From: an uncultured Candidatus Saccharibacteria bacterium
GTDB taxonomy: Bacteria; Patescibacteriota; Minisyncoccia; Phycocordibacterales; UBA9973
Assembly: GCA_964646765.1 (NCBI GenBank)
Contig: CAZYIA010000002.1
Coordinates: 208,735-272,734 of the forward strand
Direction of reading: 5' to 3'
Length of the DNA: 64,000 bases
This document shows, piece after piece, positions 48,355 through 59,097 of the stretch (its first letter is position 1; every line of letters begins with the position of its first letter). Below the pieces are notes generated by a model. That model was not told the DNA's origin, searched no databases, and was given only the letters and a program-made list of their open reading frames with translations. The position numbers and the translations under genes are program-made.

Positions 48355-49515
48355 ATGGCTCCCGAACCACTAGCATCCCAAATACGCCCGAAAACCCTTA
48401 CCGACTTTGTTGGCCAAGAGCATTTGGTTGGGCCGGGGAAGCCTCTCCGAGAGGCAATGGAGAAAAAGCATATATTCTCCTTTATTCTCTGGGGCCCGCC
48501 GGGGGTTGGTAAAACAACACTAGCCCGAATGTATGCCAAAGCTTTGAATGCCGATTACCATGAACTGTCGGCCGTCTCAGCGGGCAAAGATGATATCCGA
48601 ACTATTGTAGAACGCGGCGGAGAGCTCTTTGGGCCAAAGATTCTCTTTCTTGATGAAATCCATCGTTTCAATAAAGCCCAACAAGATTTTTTGCTGCCGT
48701 ATGTTGAGAGTGGAAAGCTTACACTCATTGGTGCAACAACAGAAAATCCGTCATTTGAAGTTATTCCAGCACTACTTTCGCGTTGCCGTGTTTTTGTCTT
48801 GGAAGAATTGAAAGAAGATGACATGCGAAAAATTCTTAAGCGCACCGGGTATAAAATGAAAAAGGATGCGGTAGATTGGCTCATTGCTATGGCAAACGGA
48901 GATGCGCGTCAGGCAATTGCCATGATTGAAAATACAGCAAGTTTGTATACAGATATTACACGTACCAATTTACAAAACACCCTGCAGTCAAAATTTTTAC
49001 GCTACGATAAAAAGGGTGAAGAGCACTACAATACCATTTCGGCATTCATTAAAAGTATGCGAGCTTCACAGCCGGATGCGGCGCTCTATTACTTGGCTCG
49101 TATGATTGAAGCAGGGGAGGATCCAAAATTTATTGCTCGGCGAATGGTGATTTTTGCCTCTGAAGATATTGGCATGTCTCAGCCTACGGCACTCGTAGTT
49201 GCAAACGAAGTGTTTAAGGCGTGCGAAACCATAGGATTACCAGAATGTGGCATCAACTTAGCTCACGGCGTAGTGTATCTTTCAGTTGCGCCGAAAGAAA
49301 AAAATTCTTACTACGCGTACATGGAAGCGCTCGACGATGCGAAAAAATACGGCAACTTGCCAATTCCTATGAAGATCAGAAATGCACCAACCAAATTAAT
49401 GAAAGATCTCGGGTATGGGGAAGGCTATGAAAAATACACCAAAGAAGATTTATTGCCTGAGAAACTAAAAGGTAGAACGTACTATAAACCAAAAAAGAAA
49501 AAGGGTGGGAAATAA
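48355..49515 (+). CDS. rarA: Replication-associated recombination protein A (RarA/MgsA)
   Basis: PLA..IRP, GPPGVGKTT, DEIHRFNKAQQD, GATTENPSF, SAFIKSMR.S, ASEDIG. Confidence 0.95.
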   Translation: MAPEPLASQIRPKTLTDFVGQEHLVGPGKPLREAMEKKHIFSFILWGPPGVGKTTLARMYAKALNADYHELSAVSAGKDDIRTIVERGGELFGPKILFLDEIHRFNKAQQDFLLPYVESGKLTLIGATTENPSFEVIPALLSRCRVFVLEELKEDDMRKILKRTGYKMKKDAVDWLIAMANGDARQAIAMIENTASLYTDITRTNLQNTLQSKFLRYDKKGEEHYNTISAFIKSMRASQPDAALYYLARMIEAGEDPKFIARRMVIFASEDIGMSQPTALVVANEVFKACETIGLPECGINLAHGVVYLSVAPKEKNSYYAYMEALDDAKKYGNLPIPMKIRNAPTKLMKDLGYGEGYEKYTKEDLLPEKLKGRTYYKPKKKKGGK

Positions 49516-49546
49516 AACCTCTCGTGTGATAGAGTAATCTCTACGT

Positions 49547-51334
49547 ATGAAATTTGCCGCCAAAAACCAAGGGATCGAGGGTCCTCCATATCCTCTCAAA
49601 GATCTCTTTCGTGACCTGTGGCGGTATATTCGTCCCCATAAAGGGTCATTCTTTTTGGCCACCTTGTTGCGGATTGTAAGCGATATTGCAGCTCTGTACC
49701 CACCATATGCCATTGGCCGAATGGTAACTATTCTTTCGCAGACTGGGTTTACTAAGGCGGTACTTATTCACGAATCACTTTTTGTTGTTATTACCTGGGG
49801 AATCGCTATTTCTTTTCGCTACCTCACTATTTACCTGGCAAAGCGTATCGGGTTATATATGGCAACAAAAGTATTTTTGGATGTCCACGTTTCCATGCTC
49901 GAGGTACTCTTTGCTCGCGACAGCGCCTGGCATGAAAAAGAATCGAGCGGCTCAAAGCTAAAACGGGTTTCAAATGGAGCTGATAGTTACAATCTCATTA
50001 TTAGAACTTGGATTAACAACCTCATTGAAATTGTAGTTCGGTTTATTTCCATTCCATTTATTTTGGCCACCTTTGATCATACCGCAGCACTCATCATGAT
50101 TTTCTTCATGGTGACCTACTTCTGTGTTTCATACTTTTTAGCAAAGCCGGCGCTTAAGGCAGCGTATCAGGTTAGTATCGACGAAGAAGGTGTTCATGGT
50201 GTCGCGTTTGAGGCACTCTCAAATGTGCGTTCAGTACAAGTACTCGATCTTTCAGGGGGAATTCTCGTTCAAATTCGTCAGGCTGTTACGAAGCTACTCG
50301 CGAGTTATCGTGCCCGTATTAAAGCTTTTCAATTTCGTGGTTCTTTTTCGGCTTGGTATGGCGATATGTTTCGAGTGGTCAGTGTTGCGTATCTTGCCTT
50401 TGAGGTTATTCAAGGTCGCTATGCTATTGGTTTCTTAGTTACATTCTCCTCATACTTCTTCAACATTTGGGAATCAGTACGTGAACTCTCTGATGTCTCC
50501 CAAGATTTAATTATTGCTACTCAGATGATTGGTCGAATGCATGATCTGATTGGCCGCGTACCTGATGACGCTGGGGTAAATCGAGGGAGTATTCCATTTC
50601 CGGAAACGTGGAAAGAAATTAGTCTCGAAAATATTTCGTTTTCGTACGGGGACCATGAAGCGCTCTCTAATGTATCGTTTACCATTAAACGCGGAGAAAA
50701 AGTCGGCGTCGTTGGTCTTTCAGGAGCCGGTAAATCAACCCTCTTTAAGCTACTTCTTAAGGAACGAATGAATTGGAAAGGGAAGATTACTCTAGGTGCG
50801 GTTCCACTCGAAAATATTAAAACAGATGAATACCGTAACCATGTGTCAGTAGTTCTTCAAGAAACCGAAGTATTTAATTTAACTCTTCGCCAGAATATTC
50901 TTCTGGGTAATACAACTGCCACCGAAGAAGATTTAAACAAAGCACTTACCGTTGCTCATGTTCGTGATTTTATTGCTAAGCTTCCACAAGGACTTGATAC
51001 TGTTATAGGCGAAAAAGGAATTAAACTTTCTGGTGGAGAAAAACAGCGGCTTGGTATTGCTCGAGCTGTCGTGCGTAAACCATCGATTTTATTCTTAGAC
51101 GAAGCCACTTCGCATCTTGATCTTGAAAGTGAAGAAAAAATTAAACAGTCACTTCACGAGTTTTTTCAAAGTGTAACAGCGGTTGTTATTGCCCATCGTT
51201 TAACAACAATTCGCGAAATGGATCGTATCATTGTTGTGGAAGGTGGCCGCATTGTTGAAGAGGGAAGTTTTGAAGCACTTCATGCGAAGAAAGGCCGTTT
51301 TTATGAACTCTGGGAAAAACAACATCTTGGTTAA
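49547..51334 (+). CDS. ABC exporter, fused permease/ATPase
   Basis: N-terminal TMD; [27 protein letters not shown]. Confidence 0.93.
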   Translation: MKFAAKNQGIEGPPYPLKDLFRDLWRYIRPHKGSFFLATLLRIVSDIAALYPPYAIGRMVTILSQTGFTKAVLIHESLFVVITWGIAISFRYLTIYLAKRIGLYMATKVFLDVHVSMLEVLFARDSAWHEKESSGSKLKRVSNGADSYNLIIRTWINNLIEIVVRFISIPFILATFDHTAALIMIFFMVTYFCVSYFLAKPALKAAYQVSIDEEGVHGVAFEALSNVRSVQVLDLSGGILVQIRQAVTKLLASYRARIKAFQFRGSFSAWYGDMFRVVSVAYLAFEVIQGRYAIGFLVTFSSYFFNIWESVRELSDVSQDLIIATQMIGRMHDLIGRVPDDAGVNRGSIPFPETWKEISLENISFSYGDHEALSNVSFTIKRGEKVGVVGLSGAGKSTLFKLLLKERMNWKGKITLGAVPLENIKTDEYRNHVSVVLQETEVFNLTLRQNILLGNTTATEEDLNKALTVAHVRDFIAKLPQGLDTVIGEKGIKLSGGEKQRLGIARAVVRKPSILFLDEATSHLDLESEEKIKQSLHEFFQSVTAVVIAHRLTTIREMDRIIVVEGGRIVEEGSFEALHAKKGRFYELWEKQHLG

Positions 51335-51337
51335 GCT

Positions 51338-52039
51338 ATGAAAAAAATTACTCACGACGAACAGCAGAGGTTTTGGGATGAAGAACACGGAACACCAACC
51401 GTACTTCTTCAAATGGATTCTAAGGAAGCTTCAGGTGGGGTAGAGAAGTTTTGGAATTTTCTCAAAGATATTCCAGGTGAAAAAACAGGAATAGAAATGG
51501 GCTGTGGTAAAGGACGCAACGTTATTTGGCTAGCCAAACAGCCAGGGGTACGCTCTATGGCTGGTTTCGATTTTTCGAAAAATGCTATCCGCGAAGCACA
51601 GCTTCGAGCAAAAGAAGCTGGAGTTTTAGAAAAAGTTTCTTTCTATACTGCCGACGCCACATTCATGTGGCCATACCCAAGTGCGAGTTTTGATTTCGGT
51701 ATTGATTGCTTTGCTTCAACTGATATTGAAAGCAAGGAAGGTAGAGAGGCTGCAGTGTTAGAGATGTATCGTGTAATAAGGCCAGGGGGACATGTTCTTG
51801 TATACGCTCTTTCACCAGACGACGCTTTTCATAAGGAAATGATCGAACAGTCACCTGCTCATGAAGAGAATGCTTTTTATCATCACACTGGCAAGTTCGA
51901 AAAAACGTTTACCGAGAAAGAACTCCGTGAACTTTTCTCGACATTTCATATAGTAGCTTTCGAACGTATTGATAAAGTTGCTACTTTTTTTGGCAAACAG
52001 TATCCCTGTAAACATTTCTGGATAATTCTGCAAAAGTAG
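51338..52039 (+). CDS. Class I SAM-dependent methyltransferase
   Basis: EMGCGKGRN, GFDFS, SFDF, RVIRPGG. Confidence 0.9.
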   Translation: MKKITHDEQQRFWDEEHGTPTVLLQMDSKEASGGVEKFWNFLKDIPGEKTGIEMGCGKGRNVIWLAKQPGVRSMAGFDFSKNAIREAQLRAKEAGVLEKVSFYTADATFMWPYPSASFDFGIDCFASTDIESKEGREAAVLEMYRVIRPGGHVLVYALSPDDAFHKEMIEQSPAHEENAFYHHTGKFEKTFTEKELRELFSTFHIVAFERIDKVATFFGKQYPCKHFWIILQK

Positions 52040-52040
52040 T

Positions 52041-52532
52041 ATGTATCACCCAGTTGTTACAAAAATCAGATCAATCCTCGAAGAGAGAAATATCACATAT
52101 AGATTTTTTGAGCATGAGGCTGTACGTACTAGCGAAGAAGCACATGCACTCCGACCTGAGTATAAGCTCGCGCAAGGGGCAAAAGCATTGATCATTAAAT
52201 GTAAAATTCCGAATGCCGAGCGGAAGTTTATTATGTGTGTTATTCCAGGAGATGCTCGACTGGATAGCGAAAAAGTGAAAGCATTAGTTTCCGCAAAGAG
52301 TATTACTTTTGCTACCAAAGAAGAAGCCGATGCAATAACCGGTGGAGTTGAATTTGGAGGTGTACCGCCATTTGGAAATCTATTTGGTATTCCGGTATAT
52401 ATGGATCCAAAACTTTCAGAGAACGAAGAAATTATATTTAACTGTGGTGATCGTCGAGCATCAATTGCTCTCGCGTTCAAAGACTACGAAAAACTAGTTC
52501 AGCCAATTCGATCAGATATTACGCTTTTGTAA
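52041..52532 (+). CDS. YbaK/ProX-family aminoacyl-tRNA editing domain protein
   Basis: 'H...TSEEA', 'AKAL', GGVPPFG, 'FNCG'. Confidence 0.9.
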   Translation: MYHPVVTKIRSILEERNITYRFFEHEAVRTSEEAHALRPEYKLAQGAKALIIKCKIPNAERKFIMCVIPGDARLDSEKVKALVSAKSITFATKEEADAITGGVEFGGVPPFGNLFGIPVYMDPKLSENEEIIFNCGDRRASIALAFKDYEKLVQPIRSDITLL

Positions 52533-53436
52533 GTGCGCGCTGCGACTTCCAAAAGAAAAATCCGATAACAATAAACGTAGCAACTGGCGAGAGCCACTCA
52601 GGAATATGTGCACCAAAAGCATCAAGAAGCATGATGATGCCGAGTACCAGTATTGAGTACATCGCTCCGTTTTTTAGGTAGATATATTTTTTAATTCGCT
52701 CGATGTTTCCAACAGTGAGTTGGCGAAGTACAAGAGCACCGATACCGTTACCAATTAAGATAAGAGGTACTGAAAGGGTAAAGGCAAATGCGCCAAGCAC
52801 ACCGTCGATGGAGAACGTTGTATCGATAACTTCTAAGTAAAGGATTTTTGAAAGGTCAGAAAGGCTGTTTCCCGCTAAAAGAGTTTTTTCTTGTGCTTCA
52901 GCATTTTGCTTGAAGCCGTGGGTGATAAAGAAAGCAGTTGAGCCAACCACGGTGCCAAATGCAATAAGGAAATTTATTTTACCACCAGTCCATACTAGAG
53001 CCGCAAGAATAACTGAGACAACCGCGTAAAACCAAATTGCTTGGCGAGCAAAAAATTTCTCATGAGGCAGACCAAATTCTTTTGGCTCCTGAAACAACCA
53101 GTGAAAGAAAAGAAATACCAAGAAAGTACCACCGCCAGCAAGTAGCATTGGGGAAGAGCTTTCTACTGCGGTAAGAACTCGCGGATCGTTCGAAAATGTT
53201 GCAGTGAGAGCTTGGACTGGGCCTAATCCAGGAGTGGCCAGCCAGACAATAAGCCATGGAAGAATACCGCGGACAACAACAACGGCAAAAAGAAGTCCCC
53301 AGAAGAGAAACCACTTGCGGCCTTTATCGCTCATTGTGCCTAAGACTTCAGCGTTAACAACCGCATTGTCGATACTTGAGATAATTTCAAATACGGCAAG
53401 ACCTAAGACAGTTAAAATCATACTGGTTATATGCAT
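52519..53436 (-). CDS. DUF475/TerC-like membrane protein
   Basis: E..SSIDNAVVNA, 'LYLEVIDTTFSIDGV.GAFA', 'YLKNGA'. Confidence 0.85.
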   Translation of the reverse strand: MHITSMILTVLGLAVFEIISSIDNAVVNAEVLGTMSDKGRKWFLFWGLLFAVVVVRGILPWLIVWLATPGLGPVQALTATFSNDPRVLTAVESSSPMLLAGGGTFLVFLFFHWLFQEPKEFGLPHEKFFARQAIWFYAVVSVILAALVWTGGKINFLIAFGTVVGSTAFFITHGFKQNAEAQEKTLLAGNSLSDLSKILYLEVIDTTFSIDGVLGAFAFTLSVPLILIGNGIGALVLRQLTVGNIERIKKYIYLKNGAMYSILVLGIIMLLDAFGAHIPEWLSPVATFIVIGFFFWKSQRALTKA

Positions 53437-53506
53437 AGGCGGTAGTGTAGCATTTTTACACCGAAAAATGTTCCCAAATCAGCCCTATGGTGTATAGTAG
53501 TGCGAT

Positions 53507-54439
53507 ATGGAAAATACCCAAGAAACCAAGCAGCAGGAGACTATTCGTCCGCTGTTTTCTGGTCCTACGTATATTGTTATTGCTGCTCTTCTGTGGGGAC
53601 TTGATGGCATCTTGCGTCGATCACTTCAGGGTGTGCCGCCACTTCACATTATCTTCTTTGAACATCTCGTTGGATCGCTCATTCTCTTGCCAGCCGGATT
53701 TGCCTTTTGGGGACAAACAAAAATAACTAAAAAAGAGTGGGGAGTGATTGCTCTTGTTTCATTGCTTTCGGGTCTTCTCGGAACTCTCTTCTTTACTGCC
53801 GCACTCTTAAAGACAATGTTCATTTCATTCTCAGTTGTCTTTTTACTTCAAAAATTACAACCAATTTTTGCTATTGGCACCGCACACCTTTTCTTGCGTG
53901 AACCAATTAGTAAAAAATATATTGGCTGGGCATTGCTGGCACTTATTGCTGCGTACTTTGTTACGTTCCCAAATGGCATTATCAATTTTGCTACTGGTAC
54001 TGGAACTATTGTTGCTGCGTTGCTTGCATTTGGTGCCGCAGTGGCATGGGGCTCTTCAACAACATTTTCTAAAATGGCCCTCAAGGACCATAACTCAACA
54101 CTTATTACCGCACTTCGTTTTTGGCTTACAACATTAATGGCTTTTGCAGTTATCGTTATTTCAGGTGCCTTCCATACCGTTGCTTGGCCGACGGGAAGTG
54201 AAACCATTCGTTACGTTATCATTGCTCTCTCAACCGGAATGGTGGCTCTTCTTTTGTACTATCGTGGACTTAAAGTAACTCCGGTTCGCATTTCAACTAT
54301 TTTAGAGCTCACGTTCCCATTTGTTGCGGTATTGATTGATGTCTTTCTCTATCATACAGTGCTTGCGCCGTTACAGTATGTGGCAGGTGTCGTTCTTCTC
54401 TACGCTATGTACCGCATTGCGGGACTTCGCAGCGAATAA
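53507..54439 (+). CDS. DMT/EamA family transporter
   Basis: Two EamA repeats ('AALLWG', 'LQKLQPIF', 'LYYRGL', 'EL.FP'). Confidence 0.9.
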   Translation: MENTQETKQQETIRPLFSGPTYIVIAALLWGLDGILRRSLQGVPPLHIIFFEHLVGSLILLPAGFAFWGQTKITKKEWGVIALVSLLSGLLGTLFFTAALLKTMFISFSVVFLLQKLQPIFAIGTAHLFLREPISKKYIGWALLALIAAYFVTFPNGIINFATGTGTIVAALLAFGAAVAWGSSTTFSKMALKDHNSTLITALRFWLTTLMAFAVIVISGAFHTVAWPTGSETIRYVIIALSTGMVALLLYYRGLKVTPVRISTILELTFPFVAVLIDVFLYHTVLAPLQYVAGVVLLYAMYRIAGLRSE

Positions 54440-54441
54440 CT

Positions 54442-54822
54442 ATGCTTACGTTTACAACCATTGCCATAACAGGGAAGGGCCGTGGTAAAGGGCTAGGATT
54501 TCCGACCATTAATATGCAAATCCCAGGGGATGTTCCGCTATCGCTTCCCGAAGGTATTTACGCTGCACAAGTTACTGTAAATAATGAAATATATGGCGGA
54601 GCCTTGTTTTACGGCTCAATTCCCGTTTTTGGGGAGAGTGAAAAATCACTCGAAGTGTATCTTGTTGATTCTGGTTACATCTCGGTAAATCCAGGAGAGG
54701 AGGTGCAAGTTTCGGTTAAAAAATTCATTCGCCCAGTGCAAAATTTTTCGAGTCCCGAACTGATGGTGCTTCAAATGGAGAAGGATGTCGCCAACGTGCG
54801 AGCTATCCTGGAAAAAATATAG
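54442..54822 (+). CDS. Stand-alone riboflavin kinase
   Basis: G.GRG..LGFPT.N, 'P.GIY', 'E..L', 'FIRP...F.S'. Confidence 0.88.
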   Translation: MLTFTTIAITGKGRGKGLGFPTINMQIPGDVPLSLPEGIYAAQVTVNNEIYGGALFYGSIPVFGESEKSLEVYLVDSGYISVNPGEEVQVSVKKFIRPVQNFSSPELMVLQMEKDVANVRAILEKI

Positions 54823-54845
54823 CCCTGCAACATATATTGCAGGGC
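54822..54845. terminator. Hairpin between convergent genes
   Basis: GCCCTGCAA-CATATA-TTGCAGGGC. Confidence 0.55.
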
Positions 54846-54868
54846 CATATCATTAGTTCTTTTTCTTC

Positions 54869-55501
54869 TTAGGTTATTATCAGTGCCGGAAGTTTGATTT
54901 TATCTTTATTGCTTTTAAAGAAAAATCTTTCAGCAAGTTTAGGTCCGATGTAGTCATCGGGAACTACCGGTTCGCTAAAGATACGAAATCTTTTCTTCTT
55001 GTGCTCTATCCGCAGTAATTGCAGGTTATGCTGCTTAGTAGCATCACAAACAGTGAACACTGCTTTAACCCAATATATTCTATCTCGGTATTCAATGGCC
55101 CACAGTATCAAGGCAAGCAAAATCATTACCGGGGAGATACCGAAAAGAACGGCAACAAGTTCAGCAAAACTTTGTATTGGCGGAGTGTCCTCGTAGTAGT
55201 GCAAGCTTCCTCCGTCAGTAAGCGCAAAACAGGTTGTTGAGCAGAAAAGTACAGCAGTTGCGAAAACCAACAATTTTTTGGCTGAGAATTTAGCCTTGCG
55301 GTTGGTGTATAAGGTACTGAGCTTTCCACCCAGGATTTTTAGTAACTGCCATATAACCATACCTGCGGGTACAGAAATTACGGCAAATAGGAAAGATACC
55401 TTATGCTGGACCCCAGGGTCAGCGAACATTCCGTGTTTATTAGCAAAGCCGGGAAGGCAAGAGGCTCCCAAAAGGGCTACCAAAAGAAATAGCTTTTTCA
55501 T
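54869..55501 (-). CDS. Hypothetical membrane protein
   Basis: 210-aa ORF with signal-like N-terminus and several hydrophobic segments. Confidence 0.55.
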   Translation of the reverse strand: MKKLFLLVALLGASCLPGFANKHGMFADPGVQHKVSFLFAVISVPAGMVIWQLLKILGGKLSTLYTNRKAKFSAKKLLVFATAVLFCSTTCFALTDGGSLHYYEDTPPIQSFAELVAVLFGISPVMILLALILWAIEYRDRIYWVKAVFTVCDATKQHNLQLLRIEHKKKRFRIFSEPVVPDDYIGPKLAERFFFKSNKDKIKLPALIIT

Positions 55502-55595
55502 ACTTCTAAGAATTTATTGTTTAATTTTGAATATCTTTTTCACTATACAACGGAAATTAAAAAAGACAAATGGTGGCCTATGCTATACTTTTTCT

Positions 55596-58178
55596 ATGAA
55601 AAAGAAGACATCCAAGAAGGTAAAAAAATCTCCAAGCGTTCGTTTACCGTCCCATATTAGTCCTACGGTATATCATGTAACGCTTAAGCCTGATCTTGAA
55701 GCATTTACCTTTGAAGGAGAGGAAACTATCGAACTTACACTCTCGAAGCCGACTAAAACAATCACTCTTCATTCGAAAGATCTTGATATAGAGCTTGCTG
55801 AACTTCTAGTTTCAAAAGATGGTGGAGTACCGCTTCAAGCTGCTGTTGCGTATAACGATGAAGCAGAAACTGCCACGTTTACATTTGCAAAGCCAATTAC
55901 AAAAGGGGAGCATAAAATTCACATCATGTTTCGTGGTATTTTGGCTGGTAACATGCGCGGTTTTTACAAGAGTCAGTACATGCTCGATGGTAAAACACAT
56001 ACGCTTGCTACAACGCAGTTTGAAGCAACCGATGCTCGCCGAGCTATTCCATGTTTTGATGAACCGGTACACAAAGCAGTGTTTAATGTGAAGCTTGTTG
56101 TCCCGGTTTCAAAAACCGCAATTTCAAACACCTTGCCAACAGAAATTGTGGAGCACGAAGCAGGGTACAAAATTGTTTCGTTTGCCCCCACACCAAAAAT
56201 GTCGACGTACCTTCTTGCTTTTATCGTTGGTGATTTTGAACACGTGGAAGCAAAATCAAAGAGCGGTGTTATTGTGCGCATTTACGCTACCCCGGGAAAA
56301 AAGCACCAGAGTACATTTGCCCTTGAAACAGCGGTGCGTGTACTCGATTTTTATGAAGAGTATTTCGGGATTAAATATCCGCTCAACACCCTCGACATGA
56401 TTGCTATTCCTGATTTTGCTTCAGGCGCAATGGAGAACTGGGGAGCAGTAACCTATCGGGAAACGGCACTTCTTGTTGACCCGGAGCATTCCTCAACTAA
56501 AAATCGCCAATGGGTTGCGCTGGTTATCGCTCATGAACTTGCGCACCAGTGGTTTGGAAACTTAGTAACCATGGAGTGGTGGACACACCTGTGGCTTAAC
56601 GAAGGTTTTGCTTCATATATTGAATACCTAGCAGTGAACGAACTTTTTCCTGAGTGGGACATTTGGACTCAGTTTGCCTACGCCGACTTAGGTGTAGCAC
56701 TTCGTCTTGATGCGCTCAAAAATACTCATCCAATTGAGGTAGACGTAAAAAATCCCAACGAGATTGGTGAAATTTTTGATGAAGTATCGTACTCAAAAGG
56801 CGCTTCGGTTATTCGAATGCTTGCGGGTTATTTAGGTGAGCACGATTTCCGTGAAGGGCTTCACCTGTATCTTACCAAGCACAGCTACGCCAATGCTCAC
56901 ACCGTGTATCTTTGGGAAGCCTTTGAACAAGTTTCAAAAAAACCGGTTAAAAAGCTTATGCAAGAATGGACTCGCAAAGCAGGGTACCCCCTCATCGAAG
57001 TAGAAGAAAAGGAAAATGGTTTCAAGGTTCGACAATCTCGTTTTCTCTCAAGTCCACTTTCTGCTAAGAGTGTGCGCGATACTACAGTATGGAATGTACC
57101 GCTAAACTATTTTGGCGATCGAGGCACTACACGCTCACATTTGCTCGCAAAAAAATCTGATACGGTTTCTAGCTCATACGATCTTTGGAAAAAGTGGAAC
57201 AGGGGAGAAACCGGTTTTTACCGAGTTCGTTATCCAAAAGAAACTCTCGAACTCTTAGCTACTCCAGTTCGCGAGGGGCGACTTCCAGCAATTGATCGAC
57301 TCGGCATCATTCGTGATCTTTTTGCTCTTTCAGAATCAGGTCATATAAAAACTGATGAAGCGCTTTCGTTTGCTTTAAACTACAAAGAAGAAACTGATTA
57401 CACGGTGTGGGTAGAACTTCTTTCTGGTCTTGCACGTGTGTGGAATTTGCTTGCTGGGACTGCGAATGAACAAAAATATAAACGTTTCGCTCTCTCTATT
57501 CTTTCGAAAGCTGCCGAACAAATTGGTTGGGAACCACAAACGAACGAAAGTTATACATCATCTCTATTGCGACCAACTCTCCTAACTCACACAGGACTCT
57601 ATGGTGATGCTCGAGTAATTATTGAAGCAAAGAAACGTTTTGAACGAAGAAAGGAACAGCCAATTCCTGCTGATATGCGCAGTGTTGTTTACGGACTTGT
57701 AGCTGCGAACGGTGGTGAGCGGGAATATAATGAACTACTTTCGATGTACCACACCGCAACCGTGCACGAGGAGAAAGTCCGTATTCTCTATGCTCTTGGC
57801 CAATTTGAAAACTCAAAACTGATTAAAAAGACACTTGCCCTAGGTCTTTCAAATGAAGTGCGTCTTCAGGACCGTAATACCGTTTTCGCCGGAGTTTTAG
57901 GAAATCCGTATGGCCGTGCATTTGCTTGGCAATTTATCCAGAAAAATTGGAAAAAACTGATCGCTGAATACGGCGAAGGTGGTCACTTGTTAGCGCGGTT
58001 AGTAAAACCCCTTGGTAGTTTTACAGAAAAAAGCCGAGGTGATGAAATTAAAAAGTTCTTCAAGAAAAACAAAGCGCCAGCCGGAGAACGCACGGTACAG
58101 CAAGTGCTCGAGCATATTTACTCAAATGCCGCCTGGATAAAACGAGATGGAAAGGTGATAGAGAGATTTTTGAAATAG
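55596..58178 (+). CDS. pepN: M1 family zinc aminopeptidase (PepN/puromycin-sensitive type with ERAP1-like C-terminal domain)
   Basis: TQFE..DARRA.PCFDEP, GAMENWG, HELAHQWFGN...LNEGFA; ATG 55596 lies 6 nt after TGCTATACT. Confidence 0.93.
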   Translation: MKKKTSKKVKKSPSVRLPSHISPTVYHVTLKPDLEAFTFEGEETIELTLSKPTKTITLHSKDLDIELAELLVSKDGGVPLQAAVAYNDEAETATFTFAKPITKGEHKIHIMFRGILAGNMRGFYKSQYMLDGKTHTLATTQFEATDARRAIPCFDEPVHKAVFNVKLVVPVSKTAISNTLPTEIVEHEAGYKIVSFAPTPKMSTYLLAFIVGDFEHVEAKSKSGVIVRIYATPGKKHQSTFALETAVRVLDFYEEYFGIKYPLNTLDMIAIPDFASGAMENWGAVTYRETALLVDPEHSSTKNRQWVALVIAHELAHQWFGNLVTMEWWTHLWLNEGFASYIEYLAVNELFPEWDIWTQFAYADLGVALRLDALKNTHPIEVDVKNPNEIGEIFDEVSYSKGASVIRMLAGYLGEHDFREGLHLYLTKHSYANAHTVYLWEAFEQVSKKPVKKLMQEWTRKAGYPLIEVEEKENGFKVRQSRFLSSPLSAKSVRDTTVWNVPLNYFGDRGTTRSHLLAKKSDTVSSSYDLWKKWNRGETGFYRVRYPKETLELLATPVREGRLPAIDRLGIIRDLFALSESGHIKTDEALSFALNYKEETDYTVWVELLSGLARVWNLLAGTANEQKYKRFALSILSKAAEQIGWEPQTNESYTSSLLRPTLLTHTGLYGDARVIIEAKKRFERRKEQPIPADMRSVVYGLVAANGGEREYNELLSMYHTATVHEEKVRILYALGQFENSKLIKKTLALGLSNEVRLQDRNTVFAGVLGNPYGRAFAWQFIQKNWKKLIAEYGEGGHLLARLVKPLGSFTEKSRGDEIKKFFKKNKAPAGERTVQQVLEHIYSNAAWIKRDGKVIERFLK

Positions 58179-58181
58179 AAT

Positions 58182-59036
58182 ATGTGGCTTCCCATAGCGC
58201 TTCTTAGTTCGGCAATTTTAGGTACTAAACGTATCTACGAAAAAACTCTTACGGCACATTTTGGTAATTTTTCAATGGGTTTTATTGTCCAAGCGTTTTC
58301 GCTTTTACCAACACTCGCCTTATTTCCATTTTTCAAATTACCGTCGTCACTTTTTACTCTGCCGTGGCGATTTTGGTGGCCACTTCTCATTATTTGGTTG
58401 GTACTGTATCCAGTGCAAACCTACCTTTATTACCGAGCACTTCGAGAAGGAGAGTTTTCTTCTATTACACCGCTCTCAGCACTTTTGCCCGCTTTTAATG
58501 TCGTCACCTCATTTTTAATCATTGGCGAGAAACCGTCGATTGTTGGACTGGTAGGTATTGCCATGATTATTTTCGGTGTTTATCTCATTCTTCTAAAAGA
58601 CAAAGCAAAAATACATTTTGCGAAGCCAGAACTTTTCATGATTGGCTTTCTGGTTTCAGTAGCTATCGGATCAACTCTCGATAAAGTTTCAATCAGTGTT
58701 TCAACCCCTGTTTTTTATAGTTTCATGAATACGCTCGGTGCAGCAATTATGTTTATGATCCTGATGCACTTTTATAAAGAAGCGCATGAATTTGGAAAAA
58801 TGCGGAGTCGCGCCGGGTATCTTTTTGTGCTCGGTATTTTTCAAGCAATTGCATTTACTGCTGGAATGATCGCTTTTCAGTATGGACCAACTTCCTATGT
58901 TCTAGCTATCCGAGCCGGCGGATATGTTGTTGCATCGCTCTACGGCATTTTTGCTCTTAAGGAATCACTTTCAGAGCGAAAAATTCTTGCCCTCATTTCA
59001 TTTAGCGTTGGTCTACTCCTTCTTGCATTTGCTTAA
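58182..59036 (+). CDS. DMT/EamA family transporter
   Basis: About ten TMs, 'RALREGEFS...PL', 'GEKP', 'LKE'. Confidence 0.85.
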   Translation: MWLPIALLSSAILGTKRIYEKTLTAHFGNFSMGFIVQAFSLLPTLALFPFFKLPSSLFTLPWRFWWPLLIIWLVLYPVQTYLYYRALREGEFSSITPLSALLPAFNVVTSFLIIGEKPSIVGLVGIAMIIFGVYLILLKDKAKIHFAKPELFMIGFLVSVAIGSTLDKVSISVSTPVFYSFMNTLGAAIMFMILMHFYKEAHEFGKMRSRAGYLFVLGIFQAIAFTAGMIAFQYGPTSYVLAIRAGGYVVASLYGIFALKESLSERKILALISFSVGLLLLAFA

Positions 59037-59097
59037 GTGATTCAGTATGAGATACTTATTGATGTAAGAGCTTTTAATCAGCTTCGTCATTACTATT

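Noticed and set aside
55278-55595. 106-aa N-terminal extension of the M1 aminopeptidase in the ORF track
   Set aside because: Overlaps a divergent gene; the promoter-like TGCTATACT immediately before ATG 55596 marks the more likely start
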